DNA of 64,000 bases from an uncultured Nitrososphaerota archaeon (GTDB lineage Archaea > Thermoproteota > Nitrososphaeria > Nitrososphaerales > CADDZS01): contig CAWCYI010000006.1 of NCBI GenBank assembly GCA_963799845.1, forward strand, positions 1,056,001 to 1,120,000, read 5' to 3'. This document shows, one piece after another, positions 11,626-22,301 of the stretch. The position numbers were made by a program, and so were the translations under genes. The notes under the pieces are model-generated. The model had not been told where the DNA came from and did no database searches. It worked only from the letters and a program-made list of their open reading frames with translations. How positions within the stretch are numbered: the first letter of the stretch is position 1; the number at the start of each line of letters is the position of its first letter.

Positions 11626-12896
11626 TTATCCGGAGCCTACCCAGTCAACGTAGCCCATATTTCCGATGGGGCTACTCATGTTAGTGGTAACTCCAGTAGA
11701 GTTGTCAAAGAAAAGAAGCATCCCTCTATTTGTTGATGGGGTATCGTATCCTCCGATTACGAGCGTTGTGCCACTGTAATTTAGAGATAAGACGGAAGAA
11801 GCTCCAGTGGCGAGGACATTCGCGGGAATCGCGTCGATCTCTTTGAATTTCTCATTGTCGATCGGCTTATACGATGCCACCAACTCTGCCCGGAGCCCGT
11901 GATCGATATGGGAAGGCCCCCACCTAACAACCAGAGGCTACTTTGAGTGTTCCAAATAATCTTGTTTACTGAGTTTGGGTAATTCAACTGCTGAGAAGAA
12001 CTCAAAACAGAATTCAAATTGTTGGTTAAGGAAATAAACGACTTTCCTGTGTATTCAGCAAGAAATCCCATTCCTCCAATCAGCCAATCCTTCCCGTTCC
12101 ACGCGATGCTTGTCACAGCTCCCTGAACTTTTGTCGCAGATTGAAGCAGAGTAGTGAGAAACGAGAACGCTCCCGTAATCGGAGTGTACTTGAACAGTAT
12201 TCCCGAACTCAAATAGCCTCCGCCGACAAGCCAATAATGGCCATTCCATGCGCTGGCATATATGATGAAATCGGCCTGATGCTTCTCAAATCCCTTTGCT
12301 CCAGAGAGATCTATAAAGTTCGATCCATTGAACAGGCCAAGGGCCATGTGATTATCGCATACTTGATTTCCGCAACCGGTTGCTCCTCCCTGATTAGAAC
12401 TACAACCGGGCTGAAAGGAAGGGAGACATCCTGAACCCAAACCACCAACTAGCCAGTTTCCCTTTCCCCCGAAACTTGCAGTAAAGATATCTCCTCCCCA
12501 CCAGCTTGACATCTTGCTTTCGATCAGGGAATTGTTGAACGAGACTGAATTGAGAGACTGGTCATATAGGTTGATCTGAGGGCTGTGCAAATTTCCAGAT
12601 GAACAGCAGAATCCTGATACCAACCACTGTGAGCTGTTACTTGCGCCGGTCCAAATCGAACCAGAAGATGGCGTCGGCAATCCGGTCGTCAAATTCGCAA
12701 CTTCATTTCCTGAGCTCATCGACATTTGAAGAAAAATTGGACTCTGATTTGGTGTAAACCAAGTGCCAGTTTCACCGCCAATAAGTATGTAGGGAGGAGT
12801 GATGGAAGTGGCGGAAGTCGCAATGGATGAAGAACTAAAACCCAAAAGTAAAATTGTGATCAAAATCAAGGAACTTTTTTTGAGATCTAGTTCCAT
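11626..12896 (-). CDS. Secreted WNG-repeat (putative beta-propeller) protein, copy 2 (one base missing near 11880)
   Basis: Signal peptide; shares LIGGETGTWF, WxGGDIF, NHMALGLFNG, WNGHYWLVGGG and MGYVDWVG with copy 1; two overlapping ORFs join. Confidence 0.75.
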
Positions 12897-13116
12897 CTAA
12901 AATTGCCAAACAGAAAAAATTTCTGAGATTATTTAAAAGAGAATGATTGGTTCCATTCATTGGATAGTTGTGACTCACAAGAATGAATGATTGTCTTTCG
13001 AATCCCATGATTCACGCGAAAATAGAATATAGCCTACCGCCCTAAGCGCAATTATGTTTTATTTACGAGATTGTGTCTCTCGATATTACGAGTTCCGATA
13101 TCCTAGACGAAATGAA

Positions 13117-13803
13117 CTAGCCACCGATCTGGAGTCGAACGTCGTCTGAATCGCAGATCTGCGCGTCGTACCAATACTTTTCATATACTAGGGCCTTTTC
13201 GTGCGACAGTCCCATTATTCCTCCGGGATCATCGAAGGCTGCAACACAATCGCTAACCATGACTGGGACGAATCCACGGAAGAAAGCATCAGCAGCTGTG
13301 TGTTTGTTGCAACAGTTCGTGTGCAGGCCCGTGATATACAATTTGTCCCCAGGCTTAAAGCCGAGTTTCTTTAACAAAGCATCCATTGCAGTGGATCGTC
13401 CTCCATTGTCGGAAAAACCGCTGTAAGTCCCCTTTTCGACTTCAAACAAGAGCTCGTTTCTCTTGATTTTTGACACGTCTGATGGCGTCCAATTTCTCTC
13501 CAAAATGCGGACCTTGGGTTTTTCTGGGAGCAAACCGTTGATGATCTTCGAACCTTCAGTTCCCTTCATCGAATGAGGTCCCCATCTCTTAAGCTCGAAA
13601 TCTGACTGCAGGTGGCGATCGGTTGAATAAATTACAGGGTGATTCGAATTGAGAAAATCATCTTCTAAATCGCGGATACGGGGAACCAGTCCCAGACCTC
13701 GCTCGAGGGCTAAACCTTCGTTGTAACTTTTAAGTAGAAAATCATTTGTCATATCCACGATGATTAGAGCAGATTCCGGACTCCGGGCTTTCGTACTCGG
13801 CAT
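13117..13803 (-). CDS. Isochorismatase-family cysteine hydrolase (nicotinamidase-like)
   Basis: VDMTNDF, DRH, WGPH, EKGTYSGF and GLHTNCC (Asp-Lys-Cys triad). Confidence 0.88.
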   Translation of the reverse strand: MPSTKARSPESALIIVDMTNDFLLKSYNEGLALERGLGLVPRIRDLEDDFLNSNHPVIYSTDRHLQSDFELKRWGPHSMKGTEGSKIINGLLPEKPKVRILERNWTPSDVSKIKRNELLFEVEKGTYSGFSDNGGRSTAMDALLKKLGFKPGDKLYITGLHTNCCNKHTAADAFFRGFVPVMVSDCVAAFDDPGGIMGLSHEKALVYEKYWYDAQICDSDDVRLQIGG

Positions 13804-14224
13804 ACTTTCGTTAGATAGATTTTCTCAGCATCCTTATTTCATTTTCTTTGAAACTATGCGATAGATTAGAAGTAGTTCCCAAGCTTAGTTTGATAATACG
13901 TAAAATGATTCATTTGTGATATCAGAAAAAAGTGAACTCGTACAATCCGGAGCTGAGGCGGGACCTACGGAATCATTCGCGTTAAGGAAGTTTCCCAGAT
14001 TTGATCTATTATTCAGTTAGTAGAATTCAGGTACCGAGTCGATCTTATCTAGCATAAAAATAGCATTTCCAAGTGCTTTCTTAAAGCTCAGACCGAGTCA
14101 GGCCAAGAGAGAAAATTCTCCGAGAATGGCAAATCTCTATTGGAGCACAATAGCCAAAGTTTTTAAATTCGTACAAACCGTTCAAACGCTAATCGTTCTT
14201 TGTTTTAGGGAGTAGAGTAGTTAA

Positions 14225-14572
14225 ATGTCTGCTGAAATTTCAAGTAACCTGCCAACTTTTCGGGAAACGATTGTTCTTTACATAATCAAGGAAAACTATG
14301 CTGTAACCGGCTATCGGATTAGAAAGATGTACGTTCAGGCCACCGGGAAGGAAATGAGCTTCGGAACGCTAGTTCCAATGCTACACAGATTTGAAAAAGA
14401 AGGTTTGGCGATAAAAGAAAGAGAAAGTGAAGATGCTCCACTTGCATATAATTGGCATGTTACTCCGCTTGGAATGGAGAAGTTGGACGAATTGCTCAAC
14501 ATACTTGACAAGATGTTGAGAAAACAAAGCCAACAAGAACAACAACTTCCGCAGATCCCCATTCAAGATTAG
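14225..14572 (+). CDS. PadR-family transcriptional regulator
   Basis: TGYRIRK..MSFGTLVPMLHRFEKEGL..VTPLG. Confidence 0.8.
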   Translation: MSAEISSNLPTFRETIVLYIIKENYAVTGYRIRKMYVQATGKEMSFGTLVPMLHRFEKEGLAIKERESEDAPLAYNWHVTPLGMEKLDELLNILDKMLRKQSQQEQQLPQIPIQD

Positions 14573-15012
14573 GGATCAAATCCCCCCTTTACTCTTGAAG
14601 GGATTTCATTCAGCACTAAGTGTATAATTCAAAAGCGTGCTTCAGCTCGGCCGAGTGTAATTCCCAATCACAGGAGAGACATAGGAACTTTTTATGCACT
14701 GAGCAGTACGTCACATCTTCGTCCTTGCCGCAAATTTCGCAAAAACCATAATCCACCATATGCCCTCGCCTTTCCGTGACTGCCTAGCTATAGGTTAGAG
14801 CATGATTTAACCGTTTGATGAAAAGTATGGATAATTTAGGTCAAAGAGGTGATATTCGCCCTTTTTGGAGCAAAGATGTTAGCTGCTCTGCGTGCCAATG
14901 TATCCTCAATTTGATCAAATACTAGTTGAGAAAAGTTATAACTCAAACAGGATGTCTTTGTGGAGATACAAGCCGATCGCTTGCTGATTGACATCTTCCG
15001 GAGAACAACTTA

Positions 15013-16008
15013 ATGATATTCGGTTTTCATCCACTCACAGATTTCTTTTCGCCTAAAAGAATGCTCGAGGAAACGGTGGCGGCAGAAAGGTTTGGCTTCA
15101 GCGAGATTTTCTACGCTGATCACTTCCATCCTTGGACTGTTGCAGAAGGGACAACTTTTGCTTGGACGTTAATCGCCTCGGCAGCTGAAAGAACATCAAA
15201 GGTCAAGATCGGAACCGCGGTAACATGCCCGATGTTACGATACAACCCGGCGATCGTTGCGCAGGCTTTTGCAACTCTGGCTTCGACCTACGAAGAAAGA
15301 GTATTTCTCGGTGTGGGGACAGGAGAGGCATTGAATGAAGTTCCTGTCGGGTATGAATGGCCAAGTGGGAAGATCAGAATCGAGATGCTCGAAGAGGCCG
15401 TACAGATAATCAGATTGCTCTGGGCGAATGATTACGTGACATTCAAGGGAAATCATTACTCAATCAAAGATGCAAATCTTTTTACGAAGCCCTCAAGACC
15501 AATCCCTCTTTACATCTCTGCCCTGGGCCCAAAGTCCGCCTACCTTGCGGGAAAGCTGGGCGACGGCTGGATCACGCTAAACCTGCCCGAAGATCGAATA
15601 AAGCATACTTTGTTACCCAAATTCGAGCAAGGGTTCCAAGATAGATCAGATAATAAAGAATATCAAACAGGACAACGCCCACGAAAAATCGCTGAGATTG
15701 TTGTTTCCTATGATGACGATATCGACAAGGCGATCGAAGCTTGCAGACCTTTTGCTGGAACCTTTTCACCGAAGGTATTCCAAAATGAGTTGATAGATCC
15801 TCGCGAGATAAAGGCACTTGGAGATCAGGTCGACAAAAGAGCTATTGAAGAAAGAATGCTCGCGACTGATGGCGTCGAAAAAATAATCGCGACTGTTGAA
15901 AAATTCGAAAGACTCGGTTTTGACTGCGTCGAGGTGGCGAGCCTCAGCCCCGATCAGAACAGATTCATGAGCGTATTCAGAGAAAGAGTTGCATCACATT
16001 TCAATTGA
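15013..16008 (+). CDS. LLM-class, probably F420-dependent oxidoreductase (G6PDH-like)
   Basis: DHFHPW, GTAVTCPMLRYNPAIVAQAFATL and GVGTGEALNE. Confidence 0.88.
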   Translation: MIFGFHPLTDFFSPKRMLEETVAAERFGFSEIFYADHFHPWTVAEGTTFAWTLIASAAERTSKVKIGTAVTCPMLRYNPAIVAQAFATLASTYEERVFLGVGTGEALNEVPVGYEWPSGKIRIEMLEEAVQIIRLLWANDYVTFKGNHYSIKDANLFTKPSRPIPLYISALGPKSAYLAGKLGDGWITLNLPEDRIKHTLLPKFEQGFQDRSDNKEYQTGQRPRKIAEIVVSYDDDIDKAIEACRPFAGTFSPKVFQNELIDPREIKALGDQVDKRAIEERMLATDGVEKIIATVEKFERLGFDCVEVASLSPDQNRFMSVFRERVASHFN

Positions 16009-16038
16009 AGTGCGGTACGAATTTAGTTCGCTGCAAAA

Positions 16039-16395
16039 CTAGCTCATTAGCTTCTGCAAGCGCATCAGATCATCCATCGGCCCCTTAACTTTCAGCTTGC
16101 CGGTCATGTAAGCAGTCATTGGATTGGACGTTTTGTTCATGATACCTTCCATCAGGGAATTTGCGACAGTAATCACAATGTTCGCGTTTGGAAGACTCTT
16201 CTTCTCAACATTCGCGAGTTTTCCATCGTCAACAGTAAACACATAGTCCTCCTTGAGATCGGTGAATGAAAACTGCATCGTCTTGCTGAAACCTTTGAGT
16301 GATTCTTGAACTGAAGGATCAGCGAACCTTTCTTTCAATTTTGCCACTGATCCAGGCGCACTTCCGCTACTGGGGGTGGGAGATGTGGTTGACAT
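16039..16395 (-). CDS. SCP2 sterol/lipid-binding domain protein
   Basis: C-terminal NPMTAYMTGKLKVKGPMDDLMRL; start placed at ATG 16395, downstream of an AT-rich box. Confidence 0.8.
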   Translation of the reverse strand: MSTTSPTPSSGSAPGSVAKLKERFADPSVQESLKGFSKTMQFSFTDLKEDYVFTVDDGKLANVEKKSLPNANIVITVANSLMEGIMNKTSNPMTAYMTGKLKVKGPMDDLMRLQKLMS

Positions 16396-16874
16396 GGCTC
16401 TATCTGGTTCGCTATTCATGTTTAAGCTTATACCGAGACTAACTATCTGAGTTCGTACGTAACTATGGCAAATATCGAAAAGGATACATCTGGCAGTACA
16501 CGAGATAGTTGTCAACATGTCGAATGTACGAGATAGTTGGCGGTTTGTGATTATTTGTTAGTTAAAGCGTGTTCCGTACGAAACGTGACATTTTGATGAT
16601 TCATTTCAATCCAGAGATCCTTATCGTTTCTGAAGATAGGTGAAATCCGATCAATTTCGAATCTAGGATTGACAACTTCCTCTTAGTCGTAGTTAGCGCC
16701 ATTGGTCTACTAAGTTGACACAAATAGAGAAAAGCTGAGCGTGCGTCTAAACGTTTGGTGCAAATCTCTCCCGTGAAAATCTTCTATTGAAGAAGGAATA
16801 TTAAACATCATCAAGTCACTCCTGTCTGCCTGCTATTTTCCTTTTTTCTCCGATTGTGACGGCCAAGCATGCGA

Positions 16875-18041
16875 TCAAGATTCGTTGAGTACCTGCTCCA
16901 GTACGCTAACGTCCGATGAAAGGCTTTTGGCTAGCTCTGGAACGCTCTCTGGTAGTATCGCGTCTTTGATGACTCTTTGAGCATTGAAGGATGTTTGCCT
17001 CATCTTCTTCGCTGTCAGATACTTGTCCTCCTCGACGTACCTCTGCTTGAATGTAAGCATCTTCCAGACAATGCAGGCGAGTTTCCTTGCAGCATCAACC
17101 TGAGCCTCCTGAGGAGCTTTCCCCCTCTTGATGTGCTTCAGGTAGACTCTTTTGACAGCAGAATCCGTCTTGGCTTTCACGGCTCCACTCACTGCGCATG
17201 TTAGAGCGTACTTCAATATGACGTCGCCGTGCTTTACGTGTTCGTGGTGGGACTCACGCTCTCCACTGTTGTCAGCACCTGGAACGACTCCGGCATACGA
17301 GCAGAGATGTTTCTTTGTGGGGAACCTTGAAGCGTCTCCTATTCTTGCCTTGATGGCTACTGCGGTGAAAGCATTGATGCCAGGGTGACTGAACAGAAGC
17401 TGGCAGTCTTCGTCTGAGGCTGCCATCTTTGCAATCTCGGTCTCAACCTCCGTATGCTGGGTTGCATAGAACTTGAGCTCCGAAAGATGCAATGCGAGAG
17501 CCAGCCTGTCTTGCTTTGGAAGCTCTATCTCTCCGAGCTTTTGAAGACCTCCGTTACTGAACACGTCAGAGAATTCTGAGAACTCGCTCTGGACCATGTT
17601 TCTCTCCAGTAGAGTCTGGATCTGGTTCTTTACTCTCGATATCTTTGCGCCAATCTCTATCTGTTGGGTCACAAGAAAGCGCATGTCTTCTATGTACTGT
17701 GAGGGAACGTAGCACCTTCTCAAGTAGCCCAGTGCATCCTCCTTGACGATACGCTCGCAGTCTCTCTTATCGGTTTTCACAGATGCTTTCTTCTCTGGTG
17801 GCGCAACCATGTGAATCACGTGCTGGTTTGATGCGAAAGAAGAAATCATTCTCGTGACCGCCTTTCCAGTTGTGCTAGATTCGATGACAAATACAGATTT
17901 GTCCGGAATCTTTGCTAGCATCTCAGAGACTCCTGCCCTGCTCGTCTTGAAGACGAAGGATTGTATGGGTGACTCTTCTCCGTCCGCGAAGACCTGCGTG
18001 GTGCAGCTCTTCTTATGTGCGTCTATTCCGACTCTCGTCAT
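16875..18041 (-). CDS. IS110-family DEDD recombinase/transposase
   Basis: VGIDAHK, IESS and KTDKRD (DEDD RuvC); PGI..RF..SYAGVVP..NSG (catalytic Ser); AARKLA. Confidence 0.95.
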   Translation of the reverse strand: MTRVGIDAHKKSCTTQVFADGEESPIQSFVFKTSRAGVSEMLAKIPDKSVFVIESSTTGKAVTRMISSFASNQHVIHMVAPPEKKASVKTDKRDCERIVKEDALGYLRRCYVPSQYIEDMRFLVTQQIEIGAKISRVKNQIQTLLERNMVQSEFSEFSDVFSNGGLQKLGEIELPKQDRLALALHLSELKFYATQHTEVETEIAKMAASDEDCQLLFSHPGINAFTAVAIKARIGDASRFPTKKHLCSYAGVVPGADNSGERESHHEHVKHGDVILKYALTCAVSGAVKAKTDSAVKRVYLKHIKRGKAPQEAQVDAARKLACIVWKMLTFKQRYVEEDKYLTAKKMRQTSFNAQRVIKDAILPESVPELAKSLSSDVSVLEQVLNES

Positions 18042-18049
18042 TGGTTTCG

Positions 18050-18277
18050 ATTCATACTCCTATTGTTTGACTGGTTGTTTGCGTCATGGATCCCAGACCG
18101 ACAATCTCCCGTACGTCCATTATGGACAAGCGGGCCGGTCGTTTCGATCATCGTCAATTGTGACGATGACTGTGCAGCCATGCTGGGGAACATGCACAAG
18201 GCACAAGAGATTCGAAGGCTGCGGGGATCCATGACCACAACTCCAGCTGTCTCTTGCTGGAGGGGAGAGGCTAATCT
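18050..18277. ncRNA. Candidate IS110 bridge/seek RNA (structured non-coding end)
   Basis: 12-bp outer stem 18083-94/18224-35 enclosing several hairpins; internal-loop strands match both insertion junctions; transcribed strand unknown. Confidence 0.6.
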
Positions 18278-18360
18278 AAGATTTTCATGCCCGCTGGGAA
18301 TTCGGCGCACATCCCACGATTTACGCTCGAAAAAGTGGATTCTATGAACTCGTGATGGGT

Positions 18361-18379
18361 GCGAAGGGGATGGGATTTG
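18361..18379 (-). other. Degenerate tRNA 3'-end-like fragment (Ser-like)
   Basis: Minus strand CAAAT-CCCAT-CCCCTTC-GC resembles T-loop, T-stem, acceptor strand and discriminator; no 5' half. Confidence 0.35.
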
Positions 18380-18686
18380 CTCCTACTGTAGATTAGGATG
18401 GTAAATAACTATCAACGCTCTAAATGCAAAGAAGGAAGAACACCGGGCTAAAGTTTCTCGGAATTGAAGCCAAGGATCCTCGGTCCATGGTGTATCCAGA
18501 CCTCAAACTTTGAGCGACCTTAATAATAGGAACCAGAAAATTGGTTCTTCTCATCTATTTCTGTCTTGTTGCACTCGCTGGTTCTAGTCTTCAGAACAGC
18601 GTATGTGGAGAGAAGGAACGAATCCTCAGTGTTCTTGAGCCTAGAACTAAATAGTCAATTCAGAATTATTCCAAAACAAAGAAACC

Positions 18687-19130
18687 ATGCAAATCGCTAG
18701 AAGCTTGTTTATCGGAGTCGTGCTGACGGTTTTCGTAGCAGCATTCTTGGTCGGCATTGGGTTCACAGATAGTACCGTCCAGCAACAGACTACCTCTTTT
18801 ACTACAACTACAACCACGACTATGTTTGTGTCGGAAAAGCTCGATAATTCTAACATCTCGATAGTAAAGGAGATTCTAATAGAGCACGTGTTGACCAATG
18901 AAATTTGTGTGGCTAACCTCGAAAATACAACCGTTACCACTACGCTATTTTCGGCAACTGGCAACTCAGAAAATAGTCTCTACGTTACGTTGTCAACGAT
19001 AACCATTTCCTATGACTCCACAAGCACAATCTACGAGAATGCCACCATCATCTCCAATGGCAGTACTTGCACGGAAATCAATCCCTACTACAACGTGTCA
19101 ACGACCAATTCAAATTGCGAGTGTGTTTGA
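18687..19130 (+). CDS. Membrane-anchored Thr-rich hypothetical protein
   Basis: N-terminal TM helix, poly-Thr stretch, several NxS/T sequons, C-terminal cysteines. Confidence 0.65.
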   Translation: MQIARSLFIGVVLTVFVAAFLVGIGFTDSTVQQQTTSFTTTTTTTMFVSEKLDNSNISIVKEILIEHVLTNEICVANLENTTVTTTLFSATGNSENSLYVTLSTITISYDSTSTIYENATIISNGSTCTEINPYYNVSTTNSNCECV

Positions 19131-19441
19131 TCGTTCAATTACAAGCGATATCAATCAAGGGATATTGATCAGCTGGATTAACAACCGAAACAAGACAGTT
19201 GTTGGAACAGCATCGCAACAAAGTTAATGAAATATGAAGAACCGCCTAGCAAATTTTGGAAATAGATCCTGGAAAGAGGCCATTTTCATCACTATTTTTT
19301 GGGGCAGTTCACTTTTGGAACTCTCGTTATTCGGCAAAGTCCGCCTGGTTCCAGCACGATCGATAACAATCGCTGAGTGAGGGACTAGGGAAATGCTGAT
19401 ACTTGTTGCCGTTTCCAGTCTGAACGGCTGACTTGGAATAT

Positions 19442-19729
19442 CTATAGCAGTATCTTCCCGAGCGAAATGATTGATGTGAAGTAGAGTCCCACGAGCATAC
19501 ATAAGATGCCCAAAATCACGACCCCGAGCCCTCTGTTCCTTTTTCCGGCCTCTCTTCTCCACAAGTAGGCCCCCATGATTATGGCCAATGAGCATAACAG
19601 TTCGGGAAAGACGAAGAGACCGAAAGCCGCGCTCGCGATTCCCAGAATGAAGTAGTATTCATTCCGGTCCGATTCCACCTTAAAGGCCTCTGGGTGTTCG
19701 GAAGAGGTACCCTTCCGCTGATTGGACAC
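19442..19729 (-). CDS. Small 2-TM membrane protein (DUF4190-like)
   Basis: ILGIASAAFG..LAIIMG..GLGVVILGIL. Confidence 0.6.
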   Translation of the reverse strand: MSNQRKGTSSEHPEAFKVESDRNEYYFILGIASAAFGLFVFPELLCSLAIIMGAYLWRREAGKRNRGLGVVILGILCMLVGLYFTSIISLGKILL

Positions 19730-20168
19730 AGTGAGTCATCTGCATCTTGACTGATCTCCTTCTCTATTTATGGTTCTTACAGTGTTTACATATACATGTC
19801 ATAGACATTTTTTCATCACTTCGCCATGGAGTTCGGCTCGCTTGTCTTTTTCTCGAGCCGCCCTAATCAGGATAGCCTCCGCAATCTGATCCCTCAACTT
19901 TGAAGACAGGATTAAGACTCATCAACGAGATCTTGGAATATCCTGGCAGTCTCCGTTCTCATGTATTCTCTTCTCTTCCGTTCCTCGAGAGAGCCCGAGT
20001 TCATACCTTTGTAGTAAGAGCGAGAGTGGTTCTTTAACAGATGGATTTGCCCACGATGCATACGAATCTGTTCTTTTCATGGACAACGACTTCGTCGAGC
20101 GCGCCGACGTTACCCCGCTGAGTCTCATACGTCACTGTCAGGTCTCCACGTTAATTAGTTCCACCAGC

Positions 20169-21053
20169 TTATTTCACATCCAAAGCGTCTCTCAGACCGT
20201 CTCCCAGAAGACTGAAACCAACCACGCTTATCGCAATCATAAGACTGGGGAATAAGGGTAACCACGGCGCTGAGATTAGGTCGTCCTGATAGAGATCCAC
20301 CATTTGTCCCCAGTCAACGTGGGGCGGAGTGACGGCTAAACCCAAGTAGCTGAGTCCCGCATATACCAGAACTATGGTCCCCACGTCAAGAGTGGCATAG
20401 ACGAGCAGAATGAAGATCACGTTATGATATATGTGTCTGAAGATAATCCGAACACGGCTGATCCCGCTCATCCGTGCTGCTTCAATGAAACTTTGCTGAA
20501 CAACTTTCAGTGTTTCACCTCTCGCCAGCCTAGCATAGGTTGGCCACCAGACTATCATCAGGACAATCGTCATATTTCTTATTCCAGGCCCCAGTATCAC
20601 CGCAATTACTATGGCAAGAACCAAGACGGGAAGAGCGAAGAAGACATCCGTGACTCTCATTAGCGCCTCGTCGAAGATCCCACCGAAGTAAGCCGCGAAG
20701 GACCCAATCAATAAACCAGCAGCTAACCCGATCGCCACCACAGTTATGCTTACCCCCATATCCGTGGGCATCACTGAGATTACCTCGCTGAAGAGATCCC
20801 TTCCGAGGCTGTCGGTCCCAAACAGATGACTCCATGACGGGGGCGACAGACGGGGTCCGACGAGCAATTGTATCGGGTCATATGGTGTGATTCTCGCACC
20901 GAAGAGGCCGAAGATAAAGACGGCAAGCGAGATAACCATGTAAACGGAGACGATAATGGAGCCGGCTAGCAAGCCCGGGTGGTCCCGCATGCGCTGTAAA
21001 ATTGATCGGAGTCTCGTACCTGTTTTCATTTCTGTGGAGTTACTGTTGCTCAA
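20169..21053 (-). CDS. oppC: Opp/Dpp-type ABC transporter permease (C subunit)
   Basis: PPSWSHLFGTDSLGRD, FIEAARMSG and LLGDGLRDALD. Confidence 0.92.
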   Translation of the reverse strand: MSNSNSTEMKTGTRLRSILQRMRDHPGLLAGSIIVSVYMVISLAVFIFGLFGARITPYDPIQLLVGPRLSPPSWSHLFGTDSLGRDLFSEVISVMPTDMGVSITVVAIGLAAGLLIGSFAAYFGGIFDEALMRVTDVFFALPVLVLAIVIAVILGPGIRNMTIVLMIVWWPTYARLARGETLKVVQQSFIEAARMSGISRVRIIFRHIYHNVIFILLVYATLDVGTIVLVYAGLSYLGLAVTPPHVDWGQMVDLYQDDLISAPWLPLFPSLMIAISVVGFSLLGDGLRDALDVK

Positions 21054-21062
21054 AGCTCTTCG

Positions 21063-22086
21063 TTATCCTAGCCTTATCTGCGGATCCACCACCACGTAGA
21101 GCACGTCGACAACGAGGTTTGCGACGACGATGACCACGGCGTAGATCAACGTAGTTGCGAGTATGCCCGCATAATCCTCAGCAGCTATTGCGCCCACGAC
21201 GTACTGGCCCAATCCTGGATACGCGAAGATGTTCTCTACAAAAAGCGTTCCTGAGACTAGCCCGTATAATATCAGAGATGAAAGAGTCAAGACTGGTATC
21301 AACGCGTTCCTCAATGCATGGTTAAAGAACACCGTGTCCTCGCCAACGCCCTTCGCCCTTGCAGTTCGAATGTAGTTTGACTGGAGGACCTGGAGTGTGG
21401 AAGCCCTCAGAATCCTTACAACTATACCAAAGGCGCCCACCGCAAGAGCCGCAGCTGGCAGAATAACATGGTACAGTGAGCTTGAGAGATACGTCCAGTT
21501 AAGTTCGAGCGCCGCGTCGAGCATGGGTATCCCAGTTATGGAAGTCGGTGGTGCTATGCCAGTAGCAACGGCCCCTCCTGCCGGTAATATTCGGAAAAAG
21601 TACGTAAAGACGATAAGGAGGAGAAGAGCCACGAAGAAGGCGGGGCTCGATACACCGGCCAGGTAGAATGCCCTGATACCATGATCTATCGGTTTGTGGG
21701 AATATCTCGCCGCCAACACTCCGAGTGGGATCCCAAGTCCCATTGCAATCAGAAACGCGAAGAACGCGATCTGAAGCGAGAATGGGAGAGTCCCTGCGAT
21801 TACCTGGACGACAGGGAGGAAGCCCCTAGAAGTTGCGTATCCGAGGTTACCATGAAAGACATTTTCGAAGTAGTAAAAGTATTGAATGTAGATTGGGTTG
21901 TTGTAATGGTATTGTGCTGAGAGCTTTGCCACAAGCTCGGGGTGCGACGTCAGCTGTTCGTCCGAGCAGAGCATCGATTGGGTTGCCCGGAATAAGGTGA
22001 GAGAGGACAAAAGTTATCGTCATGACACCCCAGAGAACAAAAATTGCAAGCGTAAGTCTTCTAATGATGTAAGGAACGAGATTCAA
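21063..22086 (-). CDS. oppB: Opp/Dpp-type ABC transporter permease (B subunit; apparent +1 frameshift at 21950-21955)
   Basis: YIIRRL..PGNP N-terminus; YIRTARAKG, HALRNALIP, FAYPGLG and DPQIR. Confidence 0.9.
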
Positions 22087-22301
22087 CTGTTTTGTCCAAC
22101 TGACTCTGTTAAGGCAAGTTACGCTCAATCAAGCTCAAGGGATGATCTCTCGACTTTTCGATTCTCGCGTGTACTATTCTCATCTCCTCAAGGGAGGGAA
22201 CCGAACAAAAGAGATTGTTCGAAGCTTGACACTTTACTCTGAAATGCACTGCACCTGCGACTTACATCGTATTACTCTGAACTGAAAAGAAAGGGATTAA
22301 C

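Larger units (their letters stand above)
16770..18293 (-). mobile_element. IS110-family element with subterminal inverted repeats
   Basis: CCCG at both ends (16770-16773, 18290-18293); sub-terminal IR TGAAAATCTT 16774-16783 and AAGATTTTCA 18278-18287. Confidence 0.85.

Noticed and set aside
17854-18347. Three overlapping ORFs across the IS110 non-coding end
   Set aside because: No recognisable protein features; the region is better explained by RNA structure.
19790-20130. Possible gene remnant downstream of oppC
   Set aside because: Fragments in several frames with no recognisable family; no single repair gives a convincing protein.
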